Shown here piece by piece: positions 1-12,177 of a stretch of DNA of 64,000 nucleotides. This DNA is from Balanoglossus misakiensis (Eukaryota; Animalia; Hemichordata): NCBI GenBank assembly GCA_040954595.2, contig CM082581.2, positions 11,096,286-11,160,285 of the forward strand, read 5' to 3'. Below the pieces are notes generated by a model, which searched no databases, had not been told where the DNA came from, and was given only the letters and a program-made list of their open reading frames with translations. How positions within the stretch are numbered: position 1 is the stretch's first letter; the number at the start of each line of letters is the position of its first letter. The translations under genes and the position numbers were made by a program.

Positions 1-3000
1 TTTTTTGAAAAAATCATGGGTTATAGCTCATGAAAATCATCCCAGAATGACAATTTTTCGACTTTGCGAATTTTCAAAATTTGGTCATTTTTTGAAAAAA
101 TCATGGGTTATAGCTCATGAAAATCATCCCAGAATGACAATTTTTCGACTTTGCGAATTTTTCAAAATATGGTCATTTTTTGAAAAAATCATGGGTTATA
201 GCTCATGAAAATCATCCCAGAATGACAATTTTTCGACTTTGCGAATTTTCAAAATTTGGTCATTTTTTGAAAAAATCATGGGTTATAGCTCATGAAAATC
301 ATCCCAGAATGACAATTTTTCGACTTTGCGAATTTTCAAAATTTGGTCATTTTTTGAAAAAATCATGGGTTATAGCTCATGAAAATCATCCCAGAATGAC
401 AATTTTTCGACTTTGCGAATTTTCAAAATTTGGTCATTTTTTGAAAAAATCATGGGTTATAGCTCATGAAAATCATCCCAGAATGACAATTTTTCGACTT
501 TGCGAATTTTCAAAATTTGGTCATTTTTTGAAAAAATCATGGGTTATAGCTCATGAAAATCATCCCAGAATGACAATTTTTCGACTTTGCGAATTTTCAA
601 AATTTGGTCATTTTTTGAAAAAATCATGGGTTATAGCTCATGAAAATCACCCCAGAATGACAATTTTTCGACTTTGCGAATTTTCAAAATTTGGTCATTT
701 TTTGAAAAAATCATGGGTTATAGCTCATGAAAATCATCCCAGAATGACAATTTTTCGACTTTGCGAATTTTCAAAATTTGGTCATTTTTTGAAAAAATCA
801 TGGGTTATAGCTCATGAAAATCATCCCAGAATGACAATTTTTCGACTTTGCGAATTTTCAAAATTTGGTCATTTTTTGAAAAAATCATGGGTTATAGCTC
901 ATGAAAATCATCCCAGAATGACAATTTTTCGACTTTGCGAATTTTCAAAATTTGGTCATTTTTTGAAAAAATCATGGGTTATAGCTCATGAAAATCATCC
1001 CAGAATGACAATTTTTCGACTTTGCGAATTTTCAAAATTTGGTCATTTTTTGAAAAAATCATGGGTTATAGCTCATGAAAATCATCCCAGAATGACAATT
1101 TTTCGACTTTGCGAATTTTCAAAATTTGGTCATTTTTTGAAAAAATCATGGGTTATAGCTCATGAAAATCATCCCAGAATGACAATTTTTCGACTTTGCG
1201 AATTTTCAAAATTTGGTCATTTTTTGAAAAAATCATGGGTTATAGCTCATGAAAATCATCCCAGAATGACAATTTTTCGACTTTGCGAATTTTCAAAATT
1301 TGGTCATTTTTTGAAAAAATCATGGGTTATAGCTCATGAAAATCACCCCAGAATGACAATTTTTCGACTTTGCGAATTTTCAAAATTTGGTCATTTTTTG
1401 AAAAAATCATGGGTTATAGCTCATGAAAATCACCCCAGAATGACAATTTTTCGACTTTGCGAATTTTCAAAATTTGGTCATTTTTTGAAAAAATCATGGG
1501 TTATAGCTCATGAAAATCACCCCAGAATGACAATTTTTCGACTTTGCGAATTTTCAAAATTTGGTCATTTTTTGAAAAAATCATGGGTTATAGCTCATGA
1601 AAATCATCCCAGAATGACAATTTTTCGACTTTGCGAATTTTCAAAATTTGGTCATTTTTTGAAAAAATCATGGGTTATAGCTCATGAAAATCATCCCAGA
1701 ATGACAATTTTTCGACTTTGCGAATTTTCAAAATTTGGTCATTTTTTGAAAAAATCATGGGTTATAGCTCATGAAAATCATCCCAGAATGACAATTTTTC
1801 GACTTTGCGAATTTTTCAAAATATGGTCATTTTTTGAAAAAATCATGGGTTATAGCTCATGAAAATCATCCCAGAATGACAATTTTTCGACTTTGCGAAT
1901 TTTCAAAATTTGGTCATTTTTTGAAAAAATCATGGGTTATAGCTCATGAAAATCATCCCAGAATGACAATTTTTCGACTTTGCGAATTTTCAAAATTTGG
2001 TCATTTTTTGAAAAAATCATGGGTTATAGCTCATGAAAATCATCCCAGAATGACAATTTTTCGACTTTGCGAATTTTCAAAATTTGGTCATTTTTTGAAA
2101 AAATCATGGGTTATAGCTCATGAAAATCACCCCAGAATGACAATTTTTCGACTTTGCGAATTTTCAAAATTTGGTCATTTTTTGAAAAAATCATGGGTTA
2201 TAGCTCATGAAAATCACCCCAGAATGACAATTTTTCGACTTTGCGAATTTTCAAAATTTGGTCATTTTTTGAAAAAATCATGGGTTATAGCTCATGAAAA
2301 TCATCCCAGAATGACAATTTTTCGACTTTGCGAATTTTCAAAATTTGGTCATTTTTTGAAAAAATCATGGGTTATAGCTCATGAAAATCATCCCAGAATG
2401 ACAATTTTTCGACTTTGCGAATTTTTCAAAATATGGTCATTTTTTGAAAAAATCATGGGTTATAGCTCATGAAAATCATCCCAGAATGACAATTTTTCGA
2501 CTTTGCGAATTTTCAAAATTTGGTCATTTTTTGAAAAAATCATGGGTTATAGCTCATGAAAATCATCCCAGAATGACAATTTTTCGACTTTGCGAATTTT
2601 CAAAATTTGGTCATTTTTTGAAAAAATCATGGGTTATAGCTCATGAAAATCATCCCAGAATGACAATTTTTCGACTTTGCGAATTTTCAAAATTTGGTCA
2701 TTTTTTGAAAAAATCATGGGTTATAGCTCATGAAAATCATCCCAGAATGACAATTTTTCGACTTTGCGAATTTTCAAAATTTGGTCATTTTTTGAAAAAA
2801 TCATGGGTTATAGCTCATGAAAATCACCCCAGAATGACAATTTTTCGACTTTGCGAATTTTCAAAATTTGGTCATTTTTTGAAAAAATCATGGGTTATAG
2901 CTCATGAAAATCACCCCAGAATGACAATTTTTCGACTTTGCGAATTTTCAAAATTTGGTCATTTTTTGAAAAAATCATGGGTTATAGCTCATGAAAATCA

Positions 3001-5052
3001 TCCCAGAATGACAATTTTTCGACTTTGCGAATTTTCAAAATTTGGTCATTTTTTGAAAAAATCATGGGTTATAGCTCATGAAAATCATCCCAGAATGACA
3101 ATTTTTCGACTTTGCGAATTTTCAAAATTTGGTCATTTTTTGAAAAAATCATGGGTTATAGCTCATGAAAATCATCCCAGAATGACAATTTTTCGACTTT
3201 GCGAATTTTCAAAATTTGGTCATTTTTTGAAAAAATCATGGGTTATAGCTCATGAAAATCATCCCAGAATGACAATTTTTCGACTTTGCGAATTTTCAAA
3301 ATTTGGTCATTTTTTGAAAAAATCATGGGTTATAGCTCATGAAAATCATCCCAGAATGACAATTTTTCGACTTTGCGAATTTTCAAAATTTGGTCATTTT
3401 TTGAAAAAATCATGGGTTATAGCTCATGAAAATCATCCCAGAATGACAATTTTTCGACTTTGCGAATTTTCAAAATTTGGTCATTTTTTGAAAAAATCAT
3501 GGGTTATAGCTCATGAAAATCATCCCAGAATGACAATTTTTCGACTTTGCGAATTTTCAAAATTTGGTCATTTTTTGAAAAAATCATGGGTTATAGCTCA
3601 TGAAAATCATCCCAGAATGACAATTTTTCGACTTTGCGAATTTTCAAAATTTGGTCATTTTTTGAAAAAATCATGGGTTATAGCTCATGAAAATCACCCC
3701 AGAATGACAATTTTTCGACTTTGCGAATTTTCAAAATTTGGTCATTTTTTGAAAAAATCATGGGTTATAGCTCATGAAAATCACCCCAGAATGACAATTT
3801 TTCGACTTTGCGAATTTTCAAAATTTGGTCATTTTTTGAAAAAATCATGGGTTATAGCTCATGAAAATCATCCCAGAATGACAATTTTTCGACTTTGCGA
3901 ATTTTCAAAATTTGGTCATTTTTTGAAAAAATCATGGGTTATAGCTCATGAAAATCATCCCAGAATGACAATTTTTCGACTTTGCGAATTTTCAAAATTT
4001 GGTCATTTTTTGAAAAAATCATGGGTTATAGCTCATGAAAATCATCCCAGAATGACAATTTTTCGACTTTGCGAATTTTCAAAATTTGGTCATTTTTTGA
4101 AAAAATCATGGGTTATAGCTCATGAAAATCATCCCAGAATGACAATTTTTCGACTTTGCGAATTTTTCAAAATATGGTCATTTTTTGAAAAAATCATGGG
4201 TTATAGCTCATGAAAATCATCCCAGAATGACAATTTTTCGACTTTGCGAATTTTCAAAATTTGGTCATTTTTTGAAAAAATCATGGGTTATAGCTCATGA
4301 AAATCATCCCAGAATGACAATTTTTCGACTTTGCGAATTTTCAAAATTTGGTCATTTTTTGAAAAAATCATGGGTTATAGCTCATGAAAATCATCCCAGA
4401 ATGACAATTTTTCGACTTTGCGAATTTTTCAAAATATGGTCATTTTTTGAAAAAATCATGGGTTATAGCTCATGAAAATCATCCCAGAATGACAATTTTT
4501 CGACTTTGCGAATTTTCAAAATTTGGTCATTTTTTGAAAAAATCATGGGTTATAGCTCATGAAAATCATCCCAGAATGACAATTTTTCGACTTTGCGAAT
4601 TTTCAAAATTTGGTCATTTTTTGAAAAAATCATGGGTTATAGCTCATGAAAATCATCCCAGAATGACAATTTTTCGACTTTGCGAATTTTCAAAATTTGG
4701 TCATTTTTTGAAAAAATCATGGGTTATAGCTCATGAAAATCATCCCAGAATGACAATTTTTCGACTTTGCGAATTTTCAAAATTTGGTCATTTTTAGAAA
4801 AAATCATGGGTTATAGCTCATGAAAATCATCCCAGAATGACAATTTTTCGACTTTGCGAATTTTCAAAATTTGGTCATTTTTTGAAAAAATCATGGGTTA
4901 TAGCTCATGAAAATCATCCCAGAATGACAATTTTTCGACTTTGCGAATTTTCAAAATTTGGTCATTTTTTGAAAAAATCATGGGTTATAGCTCATGAAAA
5001 TCATCCCAGAATGACAATTTTTCGACTTTGCGAATTTTCAAAATTTGGTCAT
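1..5052. repeat. 87-bp tandem satellite, about 58 copies, truncated by the window start
   Basis: Unit TTTTTTGAAAAAATCATGGGTTATAGCTCATGAAAATCATCCCAGAATGACAATTTTTCGACTTTGCGAATTTTCAAAATTTGGTCA is repeated head-to-tail almost without change. Only a few recurrent variants occur (CATCCC>CACCCC; an 88-bp +T/ATATGG variant). The last regular unit ends near 5052. Confidence 0.98.
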
Positions 5053-5153
5053 GGGTTAACGCTCAAGAAATATCAGTCGTATCGTTAATCGACACATGAA
5101 GACGAACATGGCAATAAAGTACAAACAGTCCAATGGTTCATGCAAGTACAACT

Positions 5154-5159
5154 TTTATT
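5154..5159 (-). terminator. Candidate poly(A) signal (AATAAA) for CFAP58
   Basis: TTTATT on + at 5154-5159, about 430 nt past the stop codon; a second copy lies near 5279-5284. Usage is not testable from sequence. Confidence 0.4.
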
Positions 5160-5592
5160 GCAGGGTAAGTAATCAAATGTGTGACATTAAAAACACTGCA
5201 GTACACACCATATATGATAACAGCTTGGGTATTTCTGACAACAAAGTTTGTTCTGAAAAACCTTTCTTGGTGAAACAGTTTATTCAAAATGTTCATAGCC
5301 ATGAGTGGACATGTGACTTTTTTTACAACCAAGATTTATTGACTTTTCTTGCAAAGTGTTCCTGGGATCAAACTTTCTTTGTAAAATATTTTCTTTATGA
5401 AATGCTGGTGAAACAGGATATTAGTAATTCAAAGTCTTTTTCATAACAAATTTGTATTAATACCGGCAGAAATATATATTTTTTTCATTATGTCTTGTCT
5501 ATTTGAGATGTACAAAATTTATCAAAGATCTGTACAGAATAAAAGCAGTAATGTTCAAAGTTCAAATGTCACAAGAATACAGGGATTTTTAG

Positions 5593-8500
5593 CTAGGTTG
5601 CTTTGAGTTCTCTTGGTTTGAGATTGAACCCTCCCCCAGTAAACCTGGGGCCATCATGTCGTTGAGGCTGGATAACTGGTGCTCCTGCTTGTGCCAGGGC
5701 TCTCTCTCGTTCTCTGCAGGAAAAAAAAATATTTTTTATAAAAAGTGATGAGATTCAAACATACAATAATAGCTAATTTTTTTAAGTAAACGGTCAAAAT
5801 CACCACTTAACCATCACATTTATTTTTTGTACCAATATGACAATTTCCAAAGCAATTTCAGGTAAGAAAGGTAGTTTTTATTGAAACTGTTAAAACTGAC
5901 TTACTTTTGCTGTTGTTCTTTTCGTTTCTGTAGGAAGTATTTCTTCTTGGACTCCTGCAATTCTCTGGCTAGTCTCTCAATTTCATACTTGTACTCATTG
6001 GATTGAGATTCATACATATTTAATTCGGAAGACATCGCCTGGAAGTCATCAGATAAAAATTAGATTAGTACTTTGAAGTGTTAGGACTGAGAGTAATGGA
6101 TTGGAGTAAAATGACACAGACATTCAAAACAATGACCCAAAAAATGAACTATAGAAATCTGTAGCTCCTGCCAGGTGTTTGTTTGTTTGTTTGTTTGTTT
6201 GTTTGTTTGTTTGTTTGTGTATGCTTACCTTCATCTGTTTGGTCTTCTCCTTTAGTGTTTGCTGATAGATCTGCAACTGCTCCGCCACTTCGGGTCCCGG
6301 TTGTCTCGCCAGGATGTGCTTCAATTCCACATACAGCTTTTCCTTTTCCTGGATCAGTAGTTCCTTCTCAACCACTTCTTCCGTCTTCTGGATCAATCTG
6401 CGCTGCAAGGTCTGGATCTTCTGGATCATCTCGTAGGTGCTGGGATCACTACCTTCAAGTTTACGCCAACGATGGATGTTCATCGGGTTCTCCAGTTCTT
6501 CTTCAAGAGCCTTACATCGAGTTCTCTCACGTAACAGTTCTCTCTGCAGATGGTATACTTCACGCCTGTAAAACAAATAGTTGTATTATTTTCATGATTT
6601 TACTTTAATGTCTGTACAAGTGAGAAAGCCATGTTTAGATGTATAAGAGATCTACTAGCAGTCCCTCAACATCACTGCCCCAGCCTTTCTTCTAATACTA
6701 AAGTAAACTTGTGAACTAGACTCACCTCAAATCATCCACATTGGCAACACTCTTATTCAGGATGTTCTTCTCTCGTCTCAGTTTCTTGATTTCCAGTTTA
6801 AGCAGCCGGATATCCTCCAATCGCTGCCTGTATTGGATTTCACCCTTATTCAGTGTTGACTGCTGAATCTTAATCTTCTCGTACAACAGTGCCAGCTCAT
6901 CATTGCGACGAACCAACTGTGTACCGAGGATATCTCTTTCGCTGATCACTTGATCTAATTCCTTCTTCTGTCGGAGTCGTTCGGCATCAGCCTCGGAGAT
7001 GATCTTCAACAGTTTTCTTTCCTCCGCCTCCTGGGCCTCAATGTATGCTTTGCTTTCTGCGGCTTGCTGTTTCATTCTCTGTAACTCCATCTTCAGTGCC
7101 TCTTTCTCTTTCTCCACGCGCTGGTGATCCAGATGTTCTTTGACCAGAGCGGCTTCTTTGGCGGTGATTTCTTCCTTCAGTTGATCGATCTGGTGGTTCA
7201 TAATCTTCAGCTTTCTCTTCATCTCGGTGATTTCATCCTAGAATAATCAATCATCCAATTTTGTTATTACCAGGAATTAATTTGCGATTCTTGAAGGTGG
7301 TGTGAAAACAATAATCTGAAAATTAGACGTGCACGTATCATGCATTCCAGTCAAAAGCCAGTTTAGAATGTTTGTGGATGAATTACTCACAGGAAAATTC
7401 CTAAAACTCAAATCATTATGGTTACCTGAGATTCAATCAAGTTTTTGCTGTACAGATTACGATCACTGCGGACAGCTTCATACAAGTTCTGTTGTTGTTT
7501 CAGTTTGGTCTCAGCTTCTGCAATCTTCTTCTTGTAGTCAAAGATCTGCATCTCTCGAACTTTGACATCCTCCATGTGTTGTAGCACCTGGAAAGCAAGG
7601 AGGGTGTTATATCAAAATCTACAAGGACATGTTCAGATGATAGCTCGTTGAAGAAATTGTCAAAAATGCCCACTGAAGACTATGTAACTTCTTGATTCAT
7701 CAAATTTCTTCCTCAACACGACAACATCACACAACACTCACCTTCTGTGTCAGTTCGCTAGCTTCATTAATATAACGATCACGTTCCTTCTCCAGCTGAT
7801 AGATAATCTTACGCTGTTTCTGTGCTTCTTCCTTGTAATTCTGGATTTCCTGCTCCAGGTTCTTCTTGGACTGTTCGTGCAACTTCACCAGACTCAGTTG
7901 TTTCTGAGTGGCACTCGCTGCCTTCAACATGTTCTTGTTCAGGATGTCACGTTCACGCACCAAGTCATCGATGGCTTTTCTGTCCATTTCAGCTTGTTTC
8001 TTGCTGGCTTCAATCTCTATTTACAAAGACATCACAATGTTCATATTTACCTTTATGTCCTCAAAAATACTTTGCACTGCAGAAAATGTAAAAGTACTAC
8101 TTGCTGATAATCAACTTGCAATAAACTCACCTCTCTCCAGACCAACGATCTGACTTTTCAACGTCTCTTTCTGTTGATCAATTTCAGCCTTGTTGTCTTC
8201 CACAGAGCGGAGTTTTCTCTGAATGGTTTCCCGCATCTTACTCAAACGCACTGTGTCCTGTTTCAGAGCATTAATCTCATCCTCTTTGGCCTGCAGTTGA
8301 AAAAAAAAAATATCAGACAAAATGTTATTAGATGTGATACTGAATAGGTTTGTGATGAAGACAAAATTGTAGCATAATTTTTTGTATGAGCATGTGATAA
8401 ACATACATTGTAGGTATGTTGGACTGATGACGAAATCTACAGTTATGAGCACTCACCCTTAGTTCTGCCACTCTCTGCTGATTTTCCTGGGCGAGAGTAT

Positions 8501-10360
8501 CAGCATTGATGAGCTGCTGTTCGTAATCCGACTGCAACTTGGTGAAACGAGCATTCAGGATATCGCTGTCCTTCTGGGCACGCTCAAACAGAATCTAGAA
8601 TGTGAAAAAAAGTTTCGAGTCAGTACAGAGTACTGTACAGAGGTAAACAGTGGACCCGATCTTTTGTTTCTAATAAACAGTTCTGTTCTGCTTACAAGGT
8701 TCTACACAAATGCCTATGATCTGCAGCAAACATCTTCCTTCACTGGAAAGGAGACCCTAAATATACATTAAAAAAAACTCACTCTGTTCTCCTTCAACTG
8801 AGTTTCTAATTTGGCCACATCTTCCTTGTATCTTCCAAGCTGTGTAGTCATAGTTTTGATCTCACCAGTTCTGGTATCCAGGTCTCCTTTGGATTGTTTC
8901 AACTCCCGTTCCAGTTTGTCCTTTCTACGCGCCTCGCGTTGAGCCTCGTTGGCACGCACCTGGATGTCTTGGTTAAGCTGGAGCGAAACAAGCAATGGTG
9001 AGATTATGATACGAGCATTCACAGTGAATGAGATTTTACAAGGAGGTAATTGTCAGTATTGGGAGACAAATGTGATCACACAACAACAGAAGAGGCATCT
9101 TCATTTGTTGAATCATTTTCTAACATTCTAACATACTTCTTAATTGTTACTTCTCTCACCTCAGCAATCTTGGTCTCTGAATCTTCTCTATCCTTCTCTG
9201 CTTTGGCCATTTTATTATTGGCTTCTGTCAGTGCTTCTCTGAGCTTGACAATCTCCTGAAGTTGCTCGTCCCTTTCCTTCGTCAGATCCTCCTTGGCTTT
9301 CAACAGTTCATTAACACTGGAATGAAAATCATTCACATTTAGTGTGTGCACAATGCAATGTATTTGCTTTGAAACGTCTTGTTTGTTTATTATTCACCAT
9401 TTGACCAAGATTTCTTATTCATCTGAATTACTGCTTCTCAGCAGTGCACCGCCAAGATCATCAACCATTTCTTGCTTTCTTTGTAACATAGTGACGTTTT
9501 AATATCTCATCAGGATAACAGACCATCCTTACCTGTGCTCTTGACCCATGGACAGACCAGCACCTTGTTCAACCAATTTACTCAAATTGGCAATTTCCAT
9601 CTTCAAACTCTGAATAGTCTCTCTAGCTCGCTGCTCTTTCTCATGTGATGCATCAACCATCTTCCATGCTTTTTCAATTTCCTGCAAATAATACATGTAC
9701 ACATATAATATTATTGCATTTCTACTACTAACTGGTTCAATCAGTTGATATCTACATCATTGAGGAATTTATTGTTGTAAATAAAGAAAATTCAAAAAGA
9801 AGTTCTTTAACTTATTAAACAAAGCTTTACCTTTTTTAATGATGCTATGGTTGTTTGATCTTCCTGGGAAAGTTTTAAAGCCGTTGACACTTTGGCGGAA
9901 TTGGCAACGATTTCTGCGTTCAACTCTCGACATTTTCCCATCAGCCTTTTCTCACTTTCGTGTGACTTCTTCAACGCCCTATGGAGTTTTTCATACTCAG
10001 TTCTGAATTTCTCCAGACTCCGATCTCCCATCAATTCATTTAAAACTTCCTGGAAGTCTCTCTCCAGTGCTTCAAAGGCATTTTCTTCCAAGGCGGGCTT
10101 ATCGCCCTTGGCAGGCTCTTCCTTCGCAGGTTCCTTTTTCTTATCCTGTTGAAAAGGGCCATACATGATATACTTAAATACTAGTACGTTGACATTCAAC
10201 ATAAATATCTACCAACATTCAAATTTAGGATTTACCACCGTGGCTATGCTAAGGTATTATTGCATTGGTATAAAGGGAGATCGACTTTGCTTAGAAACCG
10301 AAGCTGCACCTAAAACGGAAATTACATCGCGATCTACCGGTTTGTACTTACCTCCGACAT
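5593..10360 (-). CDS. CFAP58: Cilia- and flagella-associated protein 58 (CCDC147), 13 coding exons, about 887 aa
   Basis: Exons (minus strand, all GT-AG, phases consistent): 10352-10360 (MSE), 9831-10145, 9533-9681, 9160-9316, 8783-8977, 8457-8594, 8131-8290, 7742-8016, 7426-7587, 6726-7237, 6229-6565, 5905-6038, 5593-5713 (TAG at 5593-5595); total 2664 nt. Peptides EKRLMGKCRELNAEIVANSAKV, QNLYEAVRSDRNLYSKNL, ELDQVISERDILGTQLVRRNDELALLYEKIKIQQS, LEEELENPMNIHRWRKLEGSDP, LARQPGPE and C-terminal PRFTGGGF match vertebrate CFAP58 as I recall it. Confidence 0.96.
6176..6217. repeat. (TTTG)n microsatellite in a CFAP58 intron
   Basis: About 10 tandem TTTG copies next to the exon 11 donor; explains the KQTNKQTN and CLFVCLFV spurious ORF text. 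Confidence 0.9.
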
Positions 10361-10768
10361 TGTGGAGGATTCTGACGAGATTTAGAACGTCAAAAGGGGG
10401 TTATAAATTTTAGACACAATTCGACTTTGCCAAATATGATGTCGACTGTCTTCTATGTATGACTTCTTCGTAGAGCCAAAGTGTTTATTCGTTACTAAGC
10501 CCAACAACCACTACAACAACATTTATATCAAGGCGTCAGAAAAATAGTTCCATTGTATTTATTCAAATATTGGTAAACTAAAAACATTATTTTAATAAAA
10601 GACATAACAGATAGTACACCAATACTACAATAAAGATTAGAAGTGTTGTTGTTTTTAAATTTGTAAAGAAATTTTAAACAGTTTAAAAAATTATCAATCC
10701 GAAAATGTGATACGGTCTAGCCTCACTGAGCATGCGTTTAAAGGTCATCACCCGAGGTCATTTCCAAC
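10361..10768. promoter_or_regulatory. Shared bidirectional promoter and 5'UTR region for CFAP58 and GrpE
   Basis: Only 408 bp separate the two divergent ATGs. The GrpE-proximal side has an NRF1-like TGAGCATGCG (10727-10736), an ERR-like TAAAGGTCA (10739-10747), a second AGGTCA (10755-10760) and a YY1-like CAACATGGCTGC over the ATG. Confidence 0.7.
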
Positions 10769-11478
10769 ATGGCTGCCTTGAGCGTGAGAGTCGGCGCTTG
10801 GTCACGTCTTTTACCTAGGATGTCTTCGATCCAGTTTTCGAGATCTCCTAAATTGGGGTTAGTATTGGAAAGTTGCTAAACACGGAGTGTCTCCAATATG
10901 ACAATGAGTTAAAACGATGGACGTTAAGTCATCAGCTCGTATGTCCCATTGATTTCCACACCTCCATGCTTTATGATCAGACAACGTTGGCGAACTCATT
11001 CGTATCCGGTATCACGGCATGTGTTTCATCGCGTGTTCAAATCACTGTGTATGCAAGTTGGATAGTTGGGATGGGTTCACGAAAAGATCGGTGATATGAT
11101 GTGCCGTGCCTTTAGTGATTTATTTGCGACTGTGTACACTCGTGACACGTTGGCCTAGTATTATATGATGAACATGTTCAGTCTGATCCCCGTTTTGTAA
11201 CTCAATAACAGGTTACATCATCAGTTAAAATCCCGCAGAATCGTGGCTTGGGATTGTGTAGATCAATGTAACACTAACAGTCTTAACTCTTTTGTTTCTG
11301 TTTCTCAAATGTTTCTTTCTGTGTACAGGGTTAGATGTCTAACTACAGAAACTAACGCAGCTGAAAGCAAGACTGAGCCACAAAGTAAAGAAAACACAGA
11401 AATTAGTCAAGTAGAAAAAGAATTGCAAGAACAGAAAGAAAAACTGCAGAAACAAATAGATGATTTAACAGTGAGTTT

Positions 11479-11518
<40 letters not shown>

Positions 11519-12177
11519 TCCCTGAATGGACCAGTGGTAATGATATCACAGTATCTTGAATAATTGAAGAGTTTAAAGAAACTTCAAGAACAGAAACTCC
11601 AGCTTTATACAATTTTGTACACTTTGTTTTACGACAGGATAAATACAAACGATCGTTAGCTGAAACAGAGAATGTTCGAAACAGACACAGAAAGCAACTT
11701 GAAGAAGCACGCGTGTATGCAATTCAGGGATTCTGTAAAGATTTACTGGATGTAGCAGATGTTTTGCATACAGCCACTGGAAGTGTTCCCACTGAAGAGA
11801 TCCGAAAGAATGCTCATTTGAAATCTTTGTTTGAAGGATTGAAAATGACAGAAACACAATTATTAAAGGTGAGTGTGTTGTCTTTCATGTCAAAGATCTT
11901 TTATCTTGGCATTGTGTCATCACTTAAACAGGGGCAAGTATTTTTTTTCCTGTGATAATTATTCATCTCTTCTTTTTTACAGGTATTTAAGAATCGTGGA
12001 CTGACGGTAATTAACCCAATGGGAGAGAAATTTGATCCAAACCAACATGAAGCAATGTTTACACTTCCGTCACAAGACAAGGAACCTGGATCGGTTGCTG
12101 TAGTAACCAAAATAGGCTACAAATTGCATGATAGGACATTAAGACCCGCTCTAGTTGGAGTTGCCACCGCACCATAA
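10769..12177 (+). CDS. GRPEL1: GrpE protein homolog, mitochondrial (nucleotide exchange factor for mtHsp70), 4 exons, about 218 aa
   Basis: Exons 10769-10857, 11329-11470, 11638-11868, 11983-12177 (657 nt, TAA at 12175-12177). Arg/Ser-rich, acid-free N-terminus MAALSVRVGAWSRLLPRMSSIQFSRSPKLG looks like a mitochondrial presequence. GrpE motifs: DKYKRSLAETENVRNR, YAIQGFCKDLLDVADVL, LFEGLKMTETQL, INPMGEKFDPNQHEAMF, GYKLHDRTLRPALVGV. Likely co-ortholog of vertebrate GRPEL1 and GRPEL2. Confidence 0.95.
11476..11520. repeat. (TTTC)n microsatellite in GrpE intron 2
   Basis: About 10 tandem TTTC copies directly after the GTGAGT donor. Confidence 0.9.

Noticed and set aside
1-5052. CRISPR-like or telomeric array
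   Set aside because: Units are contiguous and identical with no unique spacers, there are no cas genes, the context is eukaryotic, and no TTAGGG-type repeat is present.
5-5088. ORFs up to 589 aa of repeated KKSWVIAHENHPRMTIFRLCEFSKFGHFL
   Set aside because: The 87-bp unit is a multiple of 3 and stop-free in one frame. Recurrent +1 variants break the frame, and there is no unique N- or C-terminal domain, so this is satellite DNA.
6183-10152. Plus-strand ORFs overlapping CFAP58 exons
   Set aside because: Antisense shadows of Glu/Lys-rich coiled-coil exons and a microsatellite.
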